64,000 bases of DNA, taken from assembly GCA_044226015.1 (NCBI GenBank), contig JBGAHS010000009.1, positions 160,001 through 224,000 on the forward strand. The letters are read 5' to 3'. The DNA comes from Candidatus Obscuribacteraceae bacterium. Its GTDB lineage: Bacteria > Cyanobacteriota > Vampirovibrionia > Obscuribacterales > Obscuribacteraceae. Numbering within the stretch: position 1 is the stretch's first letter; every line of letters begins with the position of its first letter. Under the pieces are notes generated by a model that saw only the letters and a list, made by a program, of their open reading frames with translations, was not told where the DNA came from and did no database searches. Both the position numbers and the translations under genes were made by a program. Of this stretch, positions 57,230 to 64,000 are shown one piece after another.

Positions 57230-59302
57230 CTATACCCCCATAATTTGAGATTTATGAGTTGGAACCGATTTTAAGGCAGATTCATGGTTTACTCGCTTAA
57301 GGATTCGTTGAGGAATTGACCGCGTCTCTCTGCTTTCCGCCATTAAGTCAAGATATTTTTTATAGCTGAAACGTGCTTCTTTTGTCTTGCCCAACTTCCA
57401 GTAAGAGTCTCCAAGATTTAAGTAAGCTACGGCTCGCTCAGGTGAGATTCTTGTGACAAGTTGAAGCACTTGGCGCGACTCATCGAGGCAATCGTTTTGT
57501 TGCAGAAAATAACCATAATCGTTTAATGCTGTTATATAGTCTGCCACTGGAAGCCCCTGGTATTTCAATGCTTCAGCCCATTGCTCGAATCTGCTTAGAT
57601 TCTCTGTTGAAACGAATTGCCGTTGTGAGTTTATCGCTTGGGTCACAAAGTCGAATACCATTCCCAGTCTCTCCGCGGCTGCTGGAATATCACCGTCACC
57701 ATAGAGCAATAGAGCTTTGTGCTCGCCTTTTCGAATCGCTTCATTGAGCAAATTGTTGTTGATGTATGAAGAGGGAACTGATTGCACTGAACCTTCATCG
57801 AGCGCATCTGGGTCTCCATTTAGAACGGCAGTAAGTTGACTTTCGATTTGCTCTACATAGGCATCGACGGTGGTGCTTGCGATCTCTGTCATTTTCTTCT
57901 GAGCAATCAAATAAGTATCGTTGTGCCAGACGGGTCCATCTCCATCTCTCCACGAGACTTTCAATTGGTCTCTATCAACTGACATGTTGACTATTCCTGT
58001 TGGGCAGGCACCAAATACAGTGCTCCAAATGATTTCACCTTCATTGAATGCCTCTAATTTGAGTTCTCCGTGTTGATACCAACATTGGATATGGTCGTAG
58101 TATGTGCTCTCAAAATTTTTCACTCCATCGATTGGAATCAATTCCGTTCGCATCCAGTATTCTGGGTCGCTGCTGGCATCATCAGCTTCATTATGCTCGA
58201 CTGCTTTTTCCTGGGCGCTTAGCACCGTGCAACTTGCTCTCTTACTGTTGAGTATCGCTCTTATTCGAGCTGCTTCGGTGTCAAACTTTAGTTCAGCTAG
58301 CAGTGAGGCATAGGACTGCAGGAAATCGACAGAGAGCGAGGCAAGAGAAGATTTACGTGGTAAAAACGCCTCTTGTGCTTGATGTCTCAGCTTTGCTGCT
58401 TCGTCTTTTTCTCCGTGAGCTTCCTTTTCTTTTGCTAAAGCCGCGATATCCCTTGCGTAAGCAAAGCTACTTGTCCCCATGTGCTTTTCGTCTACTTTCA
58501 ATGCTCTATTGAGGTAAACTAGCTTCTGTTCGTACTCGCTTTCTTCTGCAGCAGCTTGTAAGAGAAGTGGTGCCAGGTCAGGATGCTCTGGCCCTTGCAG
58601 TTTTTCCTGAATGCTGATGGCTTGTAGAGATAAATTCAATTTCTCTTGAGGCTCTAATTCGCCAACAGTGGCATAACTTGAAAGCGCTTGCGCATAGTCG
58701 ACGCAATTTGTGTCAACACGTTCAAGTATGCGTATTGCTGCTCGGCTTGCAGAAATGGCAGCAGCAGTCTTCTGCTTTTCGTCGTAACAGGATGCAAGTT
58801 CTATTAGCACCCTGGCACAGTTTCTCTCTTGTTTGTTGGCTCGAAAGATTCGCAGGCTCTTACGAAAAAGGCTTATCGACTCATCATTGTCGGCCACAAC
58901 ATTTGCAAGGTAGATCATTGCTTCGGCTGTTTGGAGTGAGTTTTTGCCGTAGAGAGTAGAGCTCAGGTCCATAGCTTCTCTTGCCAGTTTGCTTGAGAGT
59001 TCGAGTTCTTCAAACTCAGCATCTATTCTTGAGGAGTTCAGTAGAGCCATATACAGCTCATGCTTGCGGGAACTAGCTCGTGCTTTGAGCAAAAGCAGGT
59101 CATAGTCTTGTCTGGCCTGTCTGTAATCGCCGCGTTGTTCAGCTTGTCTGCCTTTCTCAAGAAGCGAATCTGTTATTCTCTCGTTGTTGCTGTAGCTGCT
59201 CATGATCGAAACTGTGCTTGCTAGAGCCGCTACGACACAGGCAAGTGACCATGCCCTCCAGTTTACTTCGCGAATACTATGGAAAAATACTGACGATGAC
59301 AT
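57230..59302 (-). CDS. Membrane-anchored TPR protein
   Basis: N-terminal hydrophobic segment and TPRs (QGPEHPDLA, NDYGYFL, AYLNLGDSYW). Confidence 0.82.
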   Translation of the reverse strand: MSSSVFFHSIREVNWRAWSLACVVAALASTVSIMSSYSNNERITDSLLEKGRQAEQRGDYRQARQDYDLLLLKARASSRKHELYMALLNSSRIDAEFEELELSSKLAREAMDLSSTLYGKNSLQTAEAMIYLANVVADNDESISLFRKSLRIFRANKQERNCARVLIELASCYDEKQKTAAAISASRAAIRILERVDTNCVDYAQALSSYATVGELEPQEKLNLSLQAISIQEKLQGPEHPDLAPLLLQAAAEESEYEQKLVYLNRALKVDEKHMGTSSFAYARDIAALAKEKEAHGEKDEAAKLRHQAQEAFLPRKSSLASLSVDFLQSYASLLAELKFDTEAARIRAILNSKRASCTVLSAQEKAVEHNEADDASSDPEYWMRTELIPIDGVKNFESTYYDHIQCWYQHGELKLEAFNEGEIIWSTVFGACPTGIVNMSVDRDQLKVSWRDGDGPVWHNDTYLIAQKKMTEIASTTVDAYVEQIESQLTAVLNGDPDALDEGSVQSVPSSYINNNLLNEAIRKGEHKALLLYGDGDIPAAAERLGMVFDFVTQAINSQRQFVSTENLSRFEQWAEALKYQGLPVADYITALNDYGYFLQQNDCLDESRQVLQLVTRISPERAVAYLNLGDSYWKLGKTKEARFSYKKYLDLMAESRETRSIPQRILKRVNHESALKSVPTHKSQIMGV

Positions 59303-59318
59303 ATTATTGACCTCAATG

Positions 59319-59351
59319 CTTCACTTTCCAATTTAGTCAATGAAAGTGAAG
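59319..59351. promoter_or_regulatory. 10-bp inverted repeat in a divergent intergenic region
   Basis: CTTCACTTTC-N13-GAAAGTGAAG. Confidence 0.4.
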
Positions 59352-59461
59352 GGAGCATATGCGCAGATTTAGCAAGCTGTAAAAATAGGTTAGTTATTTG
59401 TAAAACCGCTTATCAGTCATATCTGCGAGGAATGTAGTAATTGTGAGTTGGAGAGCATCGT

Positions 59462-60319
59462 ATGGCAGATTTGAAGAAACGATTAGCGACAAATGTGGAA
59501 GGTGCCTTCTTTGTAGATTCAACATGTATTGACTGTGATGCTTGTCGACAAGTAGCTCCGGGCACCTTTGTCGAAGATGGTGATTATTCCGCAGTTAAGA
59601 AACAGCCTTTATCTGCTGACGAAATTAGAAGTGCCTGGCATGCGCTTTTGACTTGTCCAGTAGGTTCGATAGGATGCACTGCCGAAAATAAAGCATTGGA
59701 AATGCAAGGAGACTTTCCCTTGTCTGTGGATGAGCATATTTACTTTTGTGGTTTTAACTCAAAAGATTCATATGGTGCCAATAGTTATTTCATTTCGCAT
59801 GAGAGCGGTAATTGGTTAGTCGAAGCACCACGGTTTGTGAAAACGCTTGCAAACAAGCTTGAAAAGATGGGTGGTTTGAAGTACATATTTCTGAGCCATC
59901 GAGATGATGTTGCAGATGCTGATGAATACGCTAAAGTCTTTTCAGCAAAGCGAATCATTCATGAGGAAGATCTGTCAGCGCAACCTGCTGCCGAGATTGT
60001 GCTGCAGGGTGATGATTTGAGTGTTTACGAAAAAGACTTTGTTGTGATTCCCACACCAGGACATTCAAAAGGACATTGTGTATTACTCTACAAGAACAAA
60101 TACCTGTTTACTGGCGATCATCTGTTTTGGAACAGAGATGAAAAAAGGCTAGATGCGCACGATCGTTATTGCTGGTACTCGTGGGATAAGCAAAGGGAAT
60201 CGATGAAGAGTTTGCTCGATTACGATTTCGAATGGGTTTTACCTGGACATGGGCAGAGTGTGCAACTCACTGTGCAAGAGATGAAAAAACAACTTGCAGA
60301 TCTAGTTGATCGAATGTAG
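59462..60319 (+). CDS. Ferredoxin-fused MBL-fold metallo-hydrolase
   Basis: CIDCDAC...CPVGSI Fe-S motif. MBL motifs SHRDDVAD, TPGHS, FTGDH and LPGHG. Confidence 0.9.
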   Translation: MADLKKRLATNVEGAFFVDSTCIDCDACRQVAPGTFVEDGDYSAVKKQPLSADEIRSAWHALLTCPVGSIGCTAENKALEMQGDFPLSVDEHIYFCGFNSKDSYGANSYFISHESGNWLVEAPRFVKTLANKLEKMGGLKYIFLSHRDDVADADEYAKVFSAKRIIHEEDLSAQPAAEIVLQGDDLSVYEKDFVVIPTPGHSKGHCVLLYKNKYLFTGDHLFWNRDEKRLDAHDRYCWYSWDKQRESMKSLLDYDFEWVLPGHGQSVQLTVQEMKKQLADLVDRM

Positions 60320-60338
60320 GTATTCGCCACTCGCTTAT

Positions 60339-61448
60339 TTAGGACCTACCTTCTTTGAGGGCGCTCACCAGGCGAATCGCAATGTGAATCAGGACAAGGA
60401 AAAAGAACGAAAAATTGTGCAACACGGCCGTTGGCCAGCTGTAGCCTGGCACCTCGTCGGGATCTTCATCTCTATCTTCTACCTCTCCTTCCTCCAGTTC
60501 ATTACCTCTTCTTTGTCTTGAAAGAAACCTTGCTAGCCTTCGCAAATAAGTCGGTCCAAATGGTCCTGCAATACCATCGACTAGTTCTCGGTCTATACTT
60601 CTTTCGCCTTTCTTTGCTCCGAGCCAGGCGCCCAAAATTGCTGCGTTTGAGTCTGTGTCGCCCCCGGCAGAAATCACTTCATTTAGTGCGTCCATGAGTT
60701 CGCCGTCTCCAAATCTGAGAAAGCAAAAAAGAGCTAAAGGAACACTTTGTATTACAAAGCCGCTGTTTCCTAACGCTTTTGCTGCGGCTTCAGTGCTCGA
60801 ATTCTGTTCAGCGAGGCGAGAAGCATAGAGCAGTTTCTCCTTCAGCGATGAGTTCTCGACGCTTCCTATCACTTCGTCGAAGCACTGTCGGCAAGTGCTT
60901 TGTCGAGTATTTCTAGTGCAAGCCGCTGCTAGCTCAGCGACAAATAGAGCTGCAGCCACTGCTCTTGGATCGGTGTGAGTGACCTGACAAATTGCTTTGC
61001 CGTATTCTTTTCTTTTGCTCTCTGAATCATGGAAGTAAACTCCAATTACTGCTGCTCTCATGGCAGAGCCATTACCAGCTGAATTTACTCCTGTCTTCTT
61101 TTGTTTGAACAATATATTCAGGCACGCTTTAATCGTCGCCATGCCGATGCCGCATGGAAGTCGCAAGAACCAACCAAGCAGCGCCCGCTTAAAGTCTTCA
61201 ACACAGCCATCTACGTCATCGGGATTAAGTGCAATGGCTCGAGCAAGCAGGGCTGATTGCTCTGTGTCATCGCTTATGAAGCCCATGCTTCCAGCAAATG
61301 AAAAATGATCGACCTTTCCGTATCGGCGAGCAATTTGCTTGGCGCTGAGACCTTCCATTGGTAGTCCCAGGGCATCTCCCAATGCTGTTCCGAGTAGAGT
61401 ACCGGCCATGCAAGAGCTAAGTCTGGTGCTGAGTTGTTCGTTCGTCAA
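60339..61448 (-). CDS. ADP-ribosylglycohydrolase (DraG/ARH family)
   Basis: GTALGDALG.P.E, SDDTEQ, GNGSAMR, TH and GGDTDSN. Confidence 0.94.
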   Translation of the reverse strand: MTNEQLSTRLSSCMAGTLLGTALGDALGLPMEGLSAKQIARRYGKVDHFSFAGSMGFISDDTEQSALLARAIALNPDDVDGCVEDFKRALLGWFLRLPCGIGMATIKACLNILFKQKKTGVNSAGNGSAMRAAVIGVYFHDSESKRKEYGKAICQVTHTDPRAVAAALFVAELAAACTRNTRQSTCRQCFDEVIGSVENSSLKEKLLYASRLAEQNSSTEAAAKALGNSGFVIQSVPLALFCFLRFGDGELMDALNEVISAGGDTDSNAAILGAWLGAKKGERSIDRELVDGIAGPFGPTYLRRLARFLSRQRRGNELEEGEVEDRDEDPDEVPGYSWPTAVLHNFSFFFLVLIHIAIRLVSALKEGRS

Positions 61449-61449
61449 T

Positions 61450-62304
61450 TTATTGCTGACCTATCAGAAACCTTTCAAGTCTATTTACCACAAGTTCTTC
61501 ACTTTCAATATGGGGGCAATGTCCGCAGTTGCTTATAAATTCGGAACTGGCGTTGTTAAGTGTCTGAGCTAGTGAACGTCCATTTTCTACCTTCAGAATT
61601 CTATCGGACTCACCATGTAGCACCAGGAATTCCTGACTTAGCTGCGCAGCAAATGTAGAGGCGTCGAAATGACGAAATGCCATTAGTTGTGGTATCAGCA
61701 CTCTTGGTGGTGTGGGATAGGGTCTGGCTTTTGTGCAGATGTCATCGAGTAACTTTCGGTGGCGTCTGACACCGTCAGCTTGCATACAGAGGTCAAAGAA
61801 ATCAAAAAGCATTTCATCGAAGTTATTGCCACGCGGATTAGCGAGTCTGTCTTTTACCTCGGGGTCCGAGCCCGTATATAGTTTTCCGCCCGCAGTTGTG
61901 GACTGCAAAACAACTCGATTGCTGAGAGCTGCATATTTTCTGGCAAATTCTAATGCCACACAACCTCCCATGCTATAACCAAAAAGATGAGCGTCAGAGA
62001 TTGAAAGAAAATCCAGGACGCCTTTGAGGTCGTCTGCAAATTGTTCTATTCGAAGCTCAGTATTTTCATCGAGCTTATTACTTCTTCCAGTGCCCCGATT
62101 GTCGAATATCAGGACGGGTCGAGTCTCAGCCAGTCGATTAATAAATGCTTCGGGCCAGGCGAACATGCAGCCGCCATAACCCATTATCATAAGCAGCGGA
62201 AGATCCTTCGATTGCTTGTTATACAATCGAAAAAAAATGCCATTTGTGGCCAGGGCTTCCTCGAAATTTTGTGTTTTTTGCATGTGGCATTTCCTCACAT
62301 GCAA
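61450..62304 (-). CDS. Alpha/beta fold hydrolase
   Basis: FDNRGTGRS, GYSMGG, HGESD and GH. Confidence 0.92.
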   Translation of the reverse strand: MHVRKCHMQKTQNFEEALATNGIFFRLYNKQSKDLPLLMIMGYGGCMFAWPEAFINRLAETRPVLIFDNRGTGRSNKLDENTELRIEQFADDLKGVLDFLSISDAHLFGYSMGGCVALEFARKYAALSNRVVLQSTTAGGKLYTGSDPEVKDRLANPRGNNFDEMLFDFFDLCMQADGVRRHRKLLDDICTKARPYPTPPRVLIPQLMAFRHFDASTFAAQLSQEFLVLHGESDRILKVENGRSLAQTLNNASSEFISNCGHCPHIESEELVVNRLERFLIGQQ

Positions 62305-62377
62305 ATATTAGCAAATCGCACGAGTCTGCGTATCACATAGTCTGAGATAAAGTGATGCTTGAATCTAAGTCCTTGCC

Positions 62378-63052
62378 TTAGCGGCAGTGCCTTCCAAATA
62401 CTCTACCAATGACATGTCCGGCAATTTTGCCCGGGTACCATCCGCCATGATGAGGTCTGCAATTTCTCTGCTGATAGGGATGCATTTCTCTTGGCTGACA
62501 AGGGTAAGTCTGCCGTGGTTCGCAAGCGGGTCGGCTGTTCTCGTGCGCGCGAGGTGCACCGTCTGCGGGACGAGTACGGTTGCCGTCTTTGACTAATTCA
62601 GCGCGTGGCACCGAATGCGGTTGCATATCGATTGGACGATACGGTTGTACAGAAGAGTTTTGATCGTTTTGATAATAGCTGTAGGCGTCGAATCTTGTAT
62701 TTCCTTGCGCCGTTGGATTCTCAGATGGGCGACCTTTCTGATGCCAGCTGTATTGATCGTTATTTTGAGCAGAGTTCGAATAATAAGGTTGGGCATCGCC
62801 GCTGCGAATTGCTGCAATTTTGGTGCCTTTATCGCTATTTACTAGGGCATCCAGCGCTTCACCGTATGTGGAGGGCTTAGCTGCAGTCTTATAGATGTCG
62901 CCCTCAATAATGATGGAGTTTCCGACCTGACGGCGTGAGTTGTTAGCATTGTGCTCTTGCGACCAACTATTATCGTAACGGTTCCAATCTACCGGTGCCG
63001 ACTGCGATGCCCGTGGAGCTTCTGCTTGCTCGAAACGTTGATTTGCTGCCAT
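62378..63052 (-). CDS. Hypothetical low-complexity (Asn/Gln/Ser/Pro-rich) protein
   Basis: SD AGGAGA precedes the ATG; the ORF fills the gap between co-directional genes. Confidence 0.65.
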   Translation of the reverse strand: MAANQRFEQAEAPRASQSAPVDWNRYDNSWSQEHNANNSRRQVGNSIIIEGDIYKTAAKPSTYGEALDALVNSDKGTKIAAIRSGDAQPYYSNSAQNNDQYSWHQKGRPSENPTAQGNTRFDAYSYYQNDQNSSVQPYRPIDMQPHSVPRAELVKDGNRTRPADGAPRAHENSRPACEPRQTYPCQPREMHPYQQRNCRPHHGGWYPGKIAGHVIGRVFGRHCR

Positions 63053-63166
63053 TTTGTTTGGTCTCTCCTGACGATGAGGCCCAGCTGCTTTCCTTATCCT
63101 GGCTTAATATTAGATTTTTGCAAGGATTGGGTCAATGGGACTTCTCCCATCCTGGAAATGCTTGCT

Positions 63167-64000
63167 CTATCTAGCTTGGCGGAGCTGCTTTTGAGGCTCG
63201 TTTATCCTCTGGGTATGCTGATTGGCTGGACCACGAAAAACCAGAGCTTTCTGGTCGGCTGGGCTGATGCTCACGATAGAGCCAGAGTTGAAGTTTATAA
63301 AGTCAGATTCGATTCCGTCGCTGAAAATGGTTCCTTCTGACGGCATGCTGGACTCGATTGTTAAACTGTTAGATTGGGAAATGAACCCAGAAACTATATT
63401 TGACTCTGAATGCCTGCTGAAAAAGGGCTCCCTTACGACAAATATGAGATTTGAGCTGTTCCAGGCGAGTTTAATTGGGCTGATGCGACTTCCTCCCGCA
63501 AATTCCGTCAATCCGCTAGCCATGTTGAATAGGGAAGAAAGCCAGCCCGTCGACCCTGCTCCTGTAGAAACGATGATTCCACTGGAGGACTGATTCTCGG
63601 ATTCACTCTGGTATCGAATGCGATATCGTGCTGATATGTGTGTTTTGGCTCCGATAAATAAGTCGTTGAAGGCAAGGAGTTTTTGTCCATCGTTCAGGCG
63701 AGCCTCGGCTAGTGTAACTGCAGAGTACTCGGCAGTGTTATTCAGAACGCAGTGCAGATCTGAGCGAACCTTATTAGGGCTTGAGGACAAGAGAACTCCA
63801 TCAATTCTGCTTGTGTCTGGATTTACTCCGATGATCGGAAGCCCTGTGGCGTATTTTGCTACATTGGCAAGAAGTCCGTCCTGACCAACGACCAAAACGA
63901 TGTCCTTTTCTGTGAATATGAAATTGGAGATGTACTTTCTGTCCACGAATTGAATCTGGAGCCCTATATCGATTTGCGTGTGGATAGTTTCTAGGCTTCG
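63167..64000 (-). CDS. NAD-kinase-like protein (NrtY-like), 5'-truncated by the window end
   Basis: VVGQDGL.AN.AKY, GVNPD, AFNDLFIG, SSGIIVSTGAGSTGW and FSDGIESD. The frame stays open to 64000. Confidence 0.85.
   Translation of the reverse strand, partial: RSLETIHTQIDIGLQIQFVDRKYISNFIFTEKDIVLVVGQDGLLANVAKYATGLPIIGVNPDTSRIDGVLLSSSPNKVRSDLHCVLNNTAEYSAVTLAEARLNDGQKLLAFNDLFIGAKTHISARYRIRYQSESENQSSSGIIVSTGAGSTGWLSSLFNMASGLTEFAGGSRISPIKLAWNSSNLIFVVREPFFSRHSESNIVSGFISQSNSLTIESSMPSEGTIFSDGIESDFINFNSGSIVSISPADQKALVFRGPANQHTQRINEPQKQLRQAR

Noticed and set aside
1..64000. rRNA, tRNA, prophage, transposase or known anti-phage defence genes
   Set aside because: None recognised by eye. A tRNAscan, Infernal or DefenseFinder run would be needed to exclude them formally.

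Overview
A gene-dense 64 kb bacterial chromosomal window. Its centre (18288-37340) is a complete S10-spc-alpha ribosomal supercluster: rpsJ to rplO, secY, adk, map, infA, rpmJ, rpsM, rpsK, rpsD, rpoA, rplQ, truA, rplM, rpsI. The protein sequences look cyanobacteria-like, but the cluster retains rpsJ, rpsN, rpmD, map and rpsD. That suggests a non-photosynthetic cyanobacterial relative (Vampirovibrionia/Melainabacteria); this is inference only. The left flank holds a Sel1-repeat protein, ogt, a CpxP/Spy-like protein, a minus-strand cluster (tandem MshEN-TPR protein, cNMP-binding/DUF4388 protein, two membrane proteins), an M20 peptidase, BCP peroxiredoxin, YbaK, esterases and a Ser/Thr kinase. 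The right flank holds an acetyltransferase, a TPR protein, a histidine phosphatase, an envelope locus (transpeptidase-only PBP divergent from exported AMMECR1 - thioester alpha-2-macroglobulin - VanW), MscS, an internally duplicated histidine kinase, PPK2, a ferredoxin-MBL fusion, an ADP-ribosylglycohydrolase and a truncated NAD-kinase-like gene. I saw no rRNA, tRNA, CRISPR array or transposase. The best candidates for an undescribed system are the AMMECR1/A2M/VanW/PBP locus, the duplicated histidine kinase with complementary motif loss, and the MshEN-TPR plus cNMP-DUF4388 pair. All family calls come from motif recognition by eye; no database search was run.
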